The position numbers and the translations under genes were made by a program. A stretch of DNA of 64,000 nt from an uncultured delta proteobacterium (lineage in GTDB: Bacteria > Desulfobacterota > Binatia > Binatales > Binataceae): NCBI GenBank assembly GCA_963711565.1, contig CAVQEQ010000004.1, forward strand, positions 448,001 through 512,000. The letters are read 5' to 3'. The notes beneath the pieces were generated by a model. It was not told the origin of the DNA and searched no databases. It worked only from the letters and a program-made list of their open reading frames with translations. Position 1 is the stretch's first letter; every line of letters begins with the position of its first letter. This document shows positions 18,247 to 26,846 of the stretch, piece after piece.

Positions 18247-19734
18247 ATGGACCTCGGAAACTTCGCGAGCCTTAGGCACTTCATCCCGGAGATGATCCTG
18301 GTGGCCGGAATTCTGGCCATCGTGATCATCGACCTGGCGGTGCGTGACAAATCGCGACTCGGCGCGTTGGCTCTGATAGCGGCTGCGGCAGCTCTGGTGG
18401 CGATTGGGCTGGAGCCGGCGTCGTCGGGCGCGTGGCTGTTCCATCGGATGCTGGTGTTCGATTCGTTCGCGATTTATTTCCGCGCGCTGATCGCGCTGGC
18501 CGCAGTCGTGGCGATCTGGATGTCGATGGGTTCGGAGGAAGTGCGGGGCTGCGACCAGGGCGAGTACTACGCGATTCTGCTCGCGAGCACGTTCGCGATG
18601 TTCCTGATGGCGGAGTCGGCGAACCTGCTGATGGCGTACCTCGCGCTGGAGTTCGTCAGCCTGACGTCGTACATCCTGACCGGATTTTTGCGGCATAACC
18701 GGCGCTCGCTCGAAGCCGCGCTCAAGTATTTGATCTACGGCGGCGTCGCGTCGGGCACGATGATTTACGGGATGAGCTGGATTTTTGGAATCACCGGCTC
18801 GCTCGACTTCAGCGTAATCAACAAGGCGCTCTCGACGCCCGAGCATCTGCCGGTGCTGGCGGTGTTCATCGCGCTGGTGCTGATCCTGACGGGGATGGGC
18901 TACAAGGTGTCGTCGGTACCGTTTCACATGTGGGCGCCGGACGTTTATACGGGCGCGCCGATTCCGATTACGACGTTCCTGGCGATCGGATCGAAGGCGG
19001 CGGGCTTTGCGCTGCTGACGCGTTTTTTCTTCCCCGCGATTTCGCATCTGGCGACGGGCGGGAGTTGGACGGCACTGGCGGGCGTCGATTGGCCGCAACT
19101 GCTGCTCTTCGTTTGCATAATCACGATGACGCTGGGGAATCTGGCGGCGCTGCAGCAGACCAACATGAAGCGCCTGCTGGCGTACTCGAGTATCGCTCAG
19201 GCGGGATACGCGCTAATGGGATTCGTCGTGCTGTCGAACGACGGGATTCGCGCGATGCTGTTCTATCTGTTCGCCTACTACGTAATGGATGCGGGCGCGT
19301 TTCTGGTGGTGATGATCGTGGCGAACTCGACCGGGCGCGAGGATGTCGAGGCGTATCGCGGACTGGCATGGCGCGGCGGAATCGTTCCGGCGGTTGCACT
19401 GACTATTTTTCTCTTTTCACTAACGGGTATCCCATTGACGGTGGGGTTTATCGGGAAGTTCTATTTGTTTGCGGCTGTGATTAAAGGTCAGTTCTACATA
19501 CTGGCTATTGTGGGAATACTCAATTCAGTAGTATCGCTGTATTACTACTTAAAGCCGATTCGGATAATGTTCTTCGAGCAGCCGCGCGGCGACGAGGGCA
19601 CGGTGCGCTTCGAGGTGTGGAATTACGGGCTGATGGGAGTGCTGGCCTGCGCGACGATAGTGTTCGGGTTGTACTGGTCGCCGATTATTTCGTTCGCGAA
19701 TCGGTCGATCAGTTTCTTTACCGGGGCGACCTGA
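18247..19734 (+). CDS. nuoN: NADH-quinone oxidoreductase subunit N
   Basis: EAALKY, PFHMWAPDVYTGAP, KRLLAYSSIAQAGY, GFIGKF. Confidence 0.97.
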   Translation: MDLGNFASLRHFIPEMILVAGILAIVIIDLAVRDKSRLGALALIAAAAALVAIGLEPASSGAWLFHRMLVFDSFAIYFRALIALAAVVAIWMSMGSEEVRGCDQGEYYAILLASTFAMFLMAESANLLMAYLALEFVSLTSYILTGFLRHNRRSLEAALKYLIYGGVASGTMIYGMSWIFGITGSLDFSVINKALSTPEHLPVLAVFIALVLILTGMGYKVSSVPFHMWAPDVYTGAPIPITTFLAIGSKAAGFALLTRFFFPAISHLATGGSWTALAGVDWPQLLLFVCIITMTLGNLAALQQTNMKRLLAYSSIAQAGYALMGFVVLSNDGIRAMLFYLFAYYVMDAGAFLVVMIVANSTGREDVEAYRGLAWRGGIVPAVALTIFLFSLTGIPLTVGFIGKFYLFAAVIKGQFYILAIVGILNSVVSLYYYLKPIRIMFFEQPRGDEGTVRFEVWNYGLMGVLACATIVFGLYWSPIISFANRSISFFTGAT

Positions 19735-19746
19735 CCGGATTAGGAA

Positions 19747-19780
19747 CCTAACCCCTAACCCCTTCCCTCGAGGGAAGGGG
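19747..19780. repeat. Family B palindromic repeat between convergent nuoN and purU (may act as terminator)
   Basis: cctaacccctaa + CCCCTTCCC-TCGA-GGGAAGGGG (perfect 22-bp palindrome, 19759-19780). Confidence 0.65.
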
Positions 19781-19795
19781 AACCGGATTGTAAAA

Positions 19796-20659
19796 TTACT
19801 CGAAAACGATCGTGCGGTTGTGGTGGAGCAGTACCTGCTTCTTCAGATGTGCGCGGACGGCTTTTGCCAGCACCATCACCTCTAGATCTTTGCCCTTGCG
19901 CGCGAGGTCGGCGACGGTGTCGCGATGCGTCATTGGCGTCGTCGCTTGCGCGATTATCGGACCGGCGTCGAGCTCCTCTGTTACGTAGTGCGCCGTTGCG
20001 CCGATTAGTTTGACGCCGCGGTCGTGCGCCTGCTTGTGCGGCCGTTGGCCGGCGAACGCGGGCAGGAAGCTGTGGTGGATGTTGATGATCGGCTTGCTCC
20101 ATGCGCGCAGGAGTTCACCGGATAGCACCTGCATGTAGCGCGCGAGGACGACAGTGTCCGCGCGCGTCTCGGTAAGGAACTTCAGCAGTGCGGCTTCAGA
20201 CTCGGCCTTGCGATCCTTCAGCACCGGTATCACCGTGAATGCGACATCGAATGGCCGCACGAGCGATTCGAGATCGGGGTGATTGCTGACGACACCGACA
20301 ACGTCGCCGTCGAGTTCACCGACGTGATGGCGGCTCAGCAGATCGATCATGCAGTGCGGCAGCCGCGAGACCATGATGACTAGTCGATCGCGCCTGGCGG
20401 TGTCGAATAGCGCCCACTTCAAGCGCTCCCACGGCAGAATCAACGTCATCGAGGCGTCGAGTTCGTTCGACAGCTCGCTGACCGGCAATCGCAGACTCTC
20501 GAAGTGGATGCGCCAGAAGAAGTGCCCGTCCTCGTCGTCGGAGTACTGGTCGGAGGTGATAATATTGCAGCCGAGCGTGAACAGGTGGCCGGCGACGCGG
20601 GCTATGATGCCGGGGCGGTCGATGCATGAGATGAGTAGGGTAGCTTTGCCTGCGGCCAC
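19796..20659 (-). CDS. purU: Formyltetrahydrofolate deformylase
   Basis: N-terminal ACT (CIDRPGII), VLARYMQVLS, INIHHSFLPAF.G, GVKLIGATAHYVTEELDAGPII. Confidence 0.95.
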   Translation of the reverse strand: MAAGKATLLISCIDRPGIIARVAGHLFTLGCNIITSDQYSDDEDGHFFWRIHFESLRLPVSELSNELDASMTLILPWERLKWALFDTARRDRLVIMVSRLPHCMIDLLSRHHVGELDGDVVGVVSNHPDLESLVRPFDVAFTVIPVLKDRKAESEAALLKFLTETRADTVVLARYMQVLSGELLRAWSKPIINIHHSFLPAFAGQRPHKQAHDRGVKLIGATAHYVTEELDAGPIIAQATTPMTHRDTVADLARKGKDLEVMVLAKAVRAHLKKQVLLHHNRTIVFE

Positions 20660-20696
20660 GCATTAACTCCGGGGCGAATAGTCACTTTGAATTGTA

Positions 20697-21581
20697 ATGG
20701 CGACTCGCGCAAATAGACAAACCGGGGGCGGCGGGATTTTGTACGTAGTCGCGACGCCGATCGGCAATCCCAACGACCTCTCGGCGCGCGCGATTCGAAC
20801 GCTCGCGGAAGTCAGCCTGATTGCATGCGAGGACACCCGGCGCACCGGGCGGCTACTCGCGCGTCATCAGATTGGCACGCCGACGATCAGCCACTTCGAG
20901 CATAACGAGGAACGGCGGGTGCCGGAGTTGGTCGAGCGGTTGAAGGCGGGCGAGAAAATCGCGCTCGTAACCGACGCTGGAACGCCAGCCATTTCGGATC
21001 CCGGCTTTAGGCTGGTGCGCGCGGCGTTGGAGGCGAATGTGCGCGTCGTCGCGGTGCCGGGGGCTTCGGCGGTAGTCGCGGCGCTGTCGATTGCGGGAAT
21101 CCCGACTGACAGGTTTACCTTCGAGGGATTTATTCCGGCGCGCGACGCAGCGCGGAGTAAGGCACTCGACGAACTGCGTCGCGAGTCGCGCACGATGGTC
21201 TTCTACGAGGCGGCACGCCGGGTCGCTGATACGCTGGCTGCGATGGCGACCGCGTTCGGGGAATCGCGGGACGCGGCAGTTGTTTGTGAAATTACCAAGA
21301 CGTACGAGCGGACTATCCGGGGGACGCTGGCTGAGCTGGAACGGCATTTTCGCGCGACGCCGGCGCTCGGCGAGATCGTGATCGTCGTCGCCGGCGCACC
21401 GCATCAGTCGGACGCGGCTGGCGTCGCGATCGACGTGCATCAGGCGCTCGAGGTTCTGCGCGAGGCGGGACTTGGGCTGAAGCAGGCGAGCGCGGTGATC
21501 GCGCGGCTTACGGGGGTAGGGCGTCGCGAAGTGTACCAGGATGCGCTCAAATCGCGCGACGATGACTCAAGTGATGACTGA
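20697..21581 (+). CDS. rsmI: 16S rRNA C1402 2'-O-methyltransferase
   Basis: LYVVATPIGN, IACEDTR, TDAGTPAISDPG, FEGF, EITK. Confidence 0.95.
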   Translation: MATRANRQTGGGGILYVVATPIGNPNDLSARAIRTLAEVSLIACEDTRRTGRLLARHQIGTPTISHFEHNEERRVPELVERLKAGEKIALVTDAGTPAISDPGFRLVRAALEANVRVVAVPGASAVVAALSIAGIPTDRFTFEGFIPARDAARSKALDELRRESRTMVFYEAARRVADTLAAMATAFGESRDAAVVCEITKTYERTIRGTLAELERHFRATPALGEIVIVVAGAPHQSDAAGVAIDVHQALEVLREAGLGLKQASAVIARLTGVGRREVYQDALKSRDDDSSDD

Positions 21582-21636
21582 CTAGGTGGACAGTCTTCGA
21601 TGCCCGTGCTTGCAGTCGCATGGTGGGTGCGGTTCA

Positions 21637-22173
21637 ATGAAAAGTGGTGCGGGGATGGTGACGAGGGCTAAAGCCGGGCAAATCGCTGATCGCGCCGCGA
21701 CGGGCGGTGCCGGCGGCCCGATTAGAGTGCTGGTGGTCCATGGACCCAACCTTAACCTGCTTGGCGAACGCGAGCTCGAGGTTTACGGCCGGACCCGCCT
21801 GGCCGATATCGACAAGGAACTCAAACAACTGGGACGCGAACTTGAAATGAAGGTCGAGACGTTTCAGTCGAACAGCGAAGGCGGGATCGTCGATCGGATT
21901 CAGCAGGCGCGCGGCAAGTGCGACGTGCTGCTGATCAATCCGGGCGCATATACGCACACCAGCGTCGCGATTCGCGACGCGATCGCGGCTGTGAATATCC
22001 CGGTGATCGAAGTGCATCTGTCGAACGTGTATCGGCGCGAACCGTTTCGGCATCATTCGACGATTGCGGATATCGCGCACGGTCGAATCATGGGCTTTGG
22101 CGCCCAGAGCTACAGCCTGGCGCTCAGAGCGGCGCGCACTATCGCCGAGGAGTCGCGCCGACGGAGTGGGTGA
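21637..22173 (+). CDS. aroQ: Type II 3-dehydroquinate dehydratase (start may be 21655)
   Basis: [51 protein letters not shown]. Confidence 0.96.
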   Translation: MKSGAGMVTRAKAGQIADRAATGGAGGPIRVLVVHGPNLNLLGERELEVYGRTRLADIDKELKQLGRELEMKVETFQSNSEGGIVDRIQQARGKCDVLLINPGAYTHTSVAIRDAIAAVNIPVIEVHLSNVYRREPFRHHSTIADIAHGRIMGFGAQSYSLALRAARTIAEESRRRSG

Positions 22174-22178
22174 CGCCA

Positions 22179-22736
22179 ATGGCGGCCAACGATCCAGCGC
22201 ACAAGCGATCCGCGATTGCCGCACGACACGGAGACGGGATGGAAGTACGCGAACTGAAAACCCTGCTGGTCCTGATGCGCGATTACGGGCTGGTCGAACT
22301 CGAAATCGAGGACAAGAAGGGCAAGGTGCGCCTGGTGCGCGGCGGCGGCCGCGCGTCGGTGGACGTGACCGAGTCCGGCTCGGATGCGCATATCGCCGCG
22401 CGCGCGGCGTCGCCGATCAAAATGGCGACGAGGCACATCGAGGCGACGGCCGAGGAAGGCGCGAAGGTCGCCGGCAAGATCGAGCTGGCGCCGAATCAGA
22501 AATTGATCGAAAGCCCGATGGTGGGCACGTTTTATCGCGCGGCCTCGCCCGACGCGGCGCCGTTCGTCGAGGAAGGATCCTCGGTGCGCAAAGGCCAGCC
22601 GCTGTGCATCATCGAGGCGATGAAGATGATGAACGAGATCGAATCGCCGGCCGCGGGGCGCGTGATAAGAATCCTCGCGGACAACGGGAATCCTATAGAA
22701 TACGGTCAACCCTTGATGATCATCGAAGTGATTTAA
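22179..22736 (+). CDS. accB: Acetyl-CoA carboxylase biotin carboxyl carrier protein (start may be 22239)
   Basis: [18 protein letters not shown] biotinylation motif; aroQ-accB-accC context. Confidence 0.95.
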   Translation: MAANDPAHKRSAIAARHGDGMEVRELKTLLVLMRDYGLVELEIEDKKGKVRLVRGGGRASVDVTESGSDAHIAARAASPIKMATRHIEATAEEGAKVAGKIELAPNQKLIESPMVGTFYRAASPDAAPFVEEGSSVRKGQPLCIIEAMKMMNEIESPAAGRVIRILADNGNPIEYGQPLMIIEVI

Positions 22737-22755
22737 CGGGGTGGAGCGTTCGCCG

Positions 22756-24141
22756 ATGTTCAAAAAACTGCTGGTAGCAAATCGCGGGACGATCGCAATC
22801 CGGATAATCCGCGCATGCCGCGAGCTCGGGATTTCGACCGTTGCGGTTTATTCGACGGCGGACAAGAACGCGCTGCACGTGCGGATGGCGGACGAGTCGG
22901 TCTGTATCGGGCCGCCGGCTGCTGAAGACAGCTACCTCAATATCCCGGCGATTCTCAGCGCGGCGACGACCTTCGGCGCCGATGCGGTGCATCCGGGCTA
23001 CGGCTTCCTGTCCGAGAACGGCGACTTCGCGGAAGCTTGCCAGCGCTCGGGGCTGAACTTCGTCGGTCCGCGCGCGCGCCATATCCGCTTGATGGGCGAC
23101 AAGCCGCGTGCGCGCCGGATCATGAAGCGCGCGGGCGTCCCCTGTCTGCCGGGCAGCGAAGGCACGGGCGTTACCGAGTTGCGCGAGGCGCAAGCCGACG
23201 CCAAGCGGCTCGGCTACCCGGTGCTGATCAAGGCGGCCGCTGGCGGCGGCGGCAAGGGCATGCGAGTCGCGCGCGATCTTACCGAGCTGACGCGATTGTT
23301 CCCACTGGCGCAGGGTGAATCAGAGGCGTCGTTCAGCTCGAAGAAGATGTACCTCGAGAAATATCTCGAGCGCGCGCGTCACGTCGAGTTTCAGATTCTG
23401 GCCGATCTGCACCGCACCGCGATCCACCTCGGTGAGCGCGATTGCTCGATTCAGCGCCGTCATCAGAAGGTCGTCGAGGAGTCGCCGTGCCCGATTCTGA
23501 CGCCGCGGCTGCGTGAGAAGATGGGCAAAGCGGCGGTGCGCGCGGCCGAAGTCGTCGGTTACTCGAACGTCGGTACGGTGGAATTTCTGCTTGCGGGGAG
23601 CGGCGACTTTTATTTTATCGAGATGAATACCCGCATCCAGGTCGAGCACGGCGTCACCGAGATGGTCACCGGCGTTGACCTGGTGAAGGAAAGCATCCGG
23701 ATGGCGATGGGCGAGAAGCTCGCGCTGAAGCAGCGGCAGGTGACGTTCGAGGGCGCGTCGATGGAATTCCGCATCTACGCCGAGGATCCGGAGCGGGGTA
23801 TTCCGTCGCCGGGCGTCGTGACCAATCATCATACTCCCGGCGGGCTGGGCGTGCGCGTCGAGACCGCGCTGTACGACGGCTATCGAGTGCCGGTGCAATA
23901 CGATCCGCTCATCGCGAAGCTGATAGTGCACGCCGAGACGCGGCCTGAAGTGATCGCGCGGGCCAAGGCGGCGTTGCGCGAATATGTAATCGACGGCATC
24001 AAGACCAACATCCCGCTGCATCTCAAGATTCTGCACGATCCGGATTTCAACCGCGGCGAATTCGCGACTGACTTTCTAACCCGCTACGAACCGGCCCATC
24101 GCGAAACCGCGCATCACGCACCGGTCAGCAAGGCCTCTTGA
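22756..24141 (+). CDS. accC: Biotin carboxylase
   Basis: HPGYGFLSEN, KAAAGGGGKGM, ERDCSIQRRHQK, EMNTRIQVEH. Confidence 0.95.
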   Translation: MFKKLLVANRGTIAIRIIRACRELGISTVAVYSTADKNALHVRMADESVCIGPPAAEDSYLNIPAILSAATTFGADAVHPGYGFLSENGDFAEACQRSGLNFVGPRARHIRLMGDKPRARRIMKRAGVPCLPGSEGTGVTELREAQADAKRLGYPVLIKAAAGGGGKGMRVARDLTELTRLFPLAQGESEASFSSKKMYLEKYLERARHVEFQILADLHRTAIHLGERDCSIQRRHQKVVEESPCPILTPRLREKMGKAAVRAAEVVGYSNVGTVEFLLAGSGDFYFIEMNTRIQVEHGVTEMVTGVDLVKESIRMAMGEKLALKQRQVTFEGASMEFRIYAEDPERGIPSPGVVTNHHTPGGLGVRVETALYDGYRVPVQYDPLIAKLIVHAETRPEVIARAKAALREYVIDGIKTNIPLHLKILHDPDFNRGEFATDFLTRYEPAHRETAHHAPVSKAS

Positions 24142-24209
24142 CCGCAACGCCCCGCGCCATGATTGATAGAGTGGCGGTTCGAGGCACGATAGCCTCGTCC
24201 GCGAGTCAC

Positions 24210-25268
24210 ATGACTAACTTGAAAAATATGAAACAAGCATTTCTTGCGTTGATAATTGTCTCGCTGGCGAGCGTGTCGGCATTTGCGCAGGACAGCAGCA
24301 TGAATCCGCTGATTCCTGGCGGCAACAGCGCGCCTCCGGGGCATGCGCCCAAGGCCGTGGCTTCGGATGCGCTGTACGATTTCGGTAGCGCGCTCGAAGG
24401 CACGATGGTCAAGCATACGTTCACCATCAAGAACGTCGGCCAGGGCTATCTTGATATTCAGGGCGTGAAAACCTCATGCGGATGCACGACGGGTGATCCC
24501 TCGAAGATGCACGTCGCGCCGGGCGACACCACCGACATCGCGGTCGCGTTCGACACGCATTTTCAGAAGGGGCACCAGGTCCGCACGATTACGGTGGCGA
24601 CCAACGATCCCAACAATCCGCAGGTCGCGATGACGATGCAGGGGATCGTCAAGCGCCAGGTCGAAGCCGTGCCGGGCGAGGTCGCGTTTGGCGACCTGAA
24701 ACGCGGGACCGAAGAAACGAAGGAACTGCTGGTCAACGATCTGAATCCGGCGCGCGGGACGTTCTCGGTCGGCCCGGTGAGCAACTCGAACTCGTCGATC
24801 AAGGTCGAGCAGTTGAAGCGTCCCGACGGCAAGCCTGGCGCGCTGATCAGGGTCTCGCTGCTCAAGACGATGCCGGTGGGGCCGTTCGACGATTCGATTA
24901 AAATCACGACCAATCGCGTGCCGCTGCAGGTTGACGTGTTCGGAACGGTGACGGGCGATTTGAATATAGACCCGGCGCAGGTTTCGTTCGGGATCGTGCC
25001 GCACGGCCAGGACATCGTGAGAATTTTCAAGGTGAGCAACCAGGGGCCGCATCCGATTAAGGTGCTCGACGTTGCGAGCAGCACTCCCGCCGTCGGCGCG
25101 GTCGCGGAGCCGGTCACGCCGGGCAAGGAATACAAGGTAACGGTCACGCTGCGGCATAGCACGCCGGAGGGGCAACTGCGCGGGAATCTGACGATAAAGA
25201 CCGACGATCCGGATCAGGCGACGCTAAACGTGCCGTTCTATGCGATCGTGGGGCACTTCAAGACGTAG
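24210..25268 (+). CDS. Secreted DUF1573-domain protein with tandem Ig-like modules
   Basis: Signal peptide (VSAFA-Q); YDFG..., FTIKNVG, VKTSCGCT; repeated V.FG / TND.P modules. Confidence 0.8.
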   Translation: MTNLKNMKQAFLALIIVSLASVSAFAQDSSMNPLIPGGNSAPPGHAPKAVASDALYDFGSALEGTMVKHTFTIKNVGQGYLDIQGVKTSCGCTTGDPSKMHVAPGDTTDIAVAFDTHFQKGHQVRTITVATNDPNNPQVAMTMQGIVKRQVEAVPGEVAFGDLKRGTEETKELLVNDLNPARGTFSVGPVSNSNSSIKVEQLKRPDGKPGALIRVSLLKTMPVGPFDDSIKITTNRVPLQVDVFGTVTGDLNIDPAQVSFGIVPHGQDIVRIFKVSNQGPHPIKVLDVASSTPAVGAVAEPVTPGKEYKVTVTLRHSTPEGQLRGNLTIKTDDPDQATLNVPFYAIVGHFKT

Positions 25269-25303
25269 CCGAGGTGCGGATTTCGCGAGAGTGAAAAACT
25301 GAA

Positions 25304-26206
25304 ATGGCGCGGCGCAAGAAATCGGGAATCATTTCCTGGTTGCTGGACCGGATGAGCGATTGGGCTGTCGGCATGCTCACCAAGCCGCTCAAGCGCTACG
25401 CGCTCCATATCCCCAACGACATCGCCGCGCTCAAGCGCCACGTCCGCAAGGGCGACGTGATTCTGGTCGAAGGCAACGAGCGCATCAGTGAATGTATCAA
25501 GTACCTGACGCAGAGCTCGTGGTCGCATTCGATGCTATACGTCGGCGACGAGCCGATTCGGCGCAATCCCGAGATGAAGGCGCCGCTGGTCGCGCAATTC
25601 GGCGAAGAGGCGAACTTCCTGGTGGTCGAGGCGATCGTCGAGGCGGGCGTGGTGCTGTCGCCGCTCAGCAAGTATCGCGATTTCAACATCCGCGTATGCC
25701 GCCCGTTCAACCTGTCGGCGGCCGATTTGGCCGACGTGATGGACGAGGCGATTCGCAGCGTCGGCGACACCTACGATTTGCGCAACGTGATCGATCTCGC
25801 GCGCTACTTCCTGCCGGTGAGCCTGGTGCCGGCGCGCTTTCGCCGCCAGGCGCTGCAATTCGGCAGCGGCGAGCCGACCCGCGTCATCTGTTCTAGCGTG
25901 ATCGCGTCGTCGTTTCATCGCGTGAAGTTCCCGATCGTGCCGAACTATGAGCAGTTGCCGCCCGCCACGCTGCCGCCCGAGCCACCCAGGCGCAAGCTAT
26001 GGCCGATCGGCACACGGACGACCGGCGCGCTGCAATACGGGGCGCTCAGGCTGGTCTCGCCGACGCTGGTCACGCCGCGCGATTTCGACTTGTCGCCCTA
26101 TTTCGAGATAATCAAATTCAATATTATCGAGAACATGCGTTTCGACTATCACAAGATTTTGTGGGCCGACGACGCACCGTCCGCGCCTGTCAAGAAGGGC
26201 GCCTGA
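25304..26206 (+). CDS. YiiX/YaeF-like permuted papain-fold (NlpC/P60) hydrolase
   Basis: GDVILVEG, IKYLTQSSWSHSMLYVG (His), YDL, VICSS (Cys), TPRDFD.SPYF. Confidence 0.8.
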   Translation: MARRKKSGIISWLLDRMSDWAVGMLTKPLKRYALHIPNDIAALKRHVRKGDVILVEGNERISECIKYLTQSSWSHSMLYVGDEPIRRNPEMKAPLVAQFGEEANFLVVEAIVEAGVVLSPLSKYRDFNIRVCRPFNLSAADLADVMDEAIRSVGDTYDLRNVIDLARYFLPVSLVPARFRRQALQFGSGEPTRVICSSVIASSFHRVKFPIVPNYEQLPPATLPPEPPRRKLWPIGTRTTGALQYGALRLVSPTLVTPRDFDLSPYFEIIKFNIIENMRFDYHKILWADDAPSAPVKKGA

Positions 26207-26238
26207 GCGCGGCAACATCGGGATTAGGGGAGCTTCCA

Positions 26239-26526
26239 TTGAACAACGAAAACGAAAAAGAGCACGCAGGCGGGCGGCGCGAGCTTCTCGAAAAGACCAT
26301 CGCGAAAATCCTGCATCGCCATTGCAACTTCGGATGGGCCAACTACTATATCCCGAGCGAAAAGTTCCCGAGCCTGATCGAAGAGCTGGTCGAAGTGATG
26401 AGCCCCGGTGGCCAGGCCGGCCACGACGAATTGGTGCAGTTCTTCCTGGGCGTGCAGCGCCTCCCGTCGATTCAGGAGCGAGTCGCAAAACTCGAGCAGG
26501 AATTTTCGGTATACAAGCGCGGCTGA
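26239..26526 (+). CDS. Hypothetical protein
   Basis: TTG start after AGGGGAG; native codon style. Confidence 0.55.
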   Translation: MNNENEKEHAGGRRELLEKTIAKILHRHCNFGWANYYIPSEKFPSLIEELVEVMSPGGQAGHDELVQFFLGVQRLPSIQERVAKLEQEFSVYKRG

Positions 26527-26563
26527 GAGAGACCGTTCTTCAATTGTGCCGTCTTAAGATTTA

Positions 26564-26818
26564 ACCTCTCCTTGTCCGAGGAGAGGTCGGCGAAAGCCGC
26601 GCAAAGCGCGGTGTCGCCGGGTGAGGTGCAACGCCTGACACCTCACCTACCTCAACTCGTTTAATTGAGATTGCCGGACACCGAGTCCGCGGCCAGGCAT
26701 CAGCACCACTTTCTAACACTCTGCAAAAGGCAACCGGGTGTCGCGGCGACGGCGAGCGTTGCACCTCACCCGTCGCTCACCTTTGGCTCGCGCGACCTCT
26801 CCTCGGACAAGGAGAGGT
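26564..26818. repeat. Family B inverted-pair element (REPIN/MITE-like), 255 bp
   Basis: Perfect 26-bp inverted match 26564-26589/26793-26818 and perfect 16-bp inverted match 26619-26634/26756-26771. Confidence 0.85.
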
Positions 26819-26846
26819 GGGATCCGCAGACATCATTTCGAAGCGA

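Noticed and set aside
19745-19762. Telomere-like (C)CCTAA repeats
   Set aside because: Only two to three units, and they form the tail of the family B palindromic repeat.
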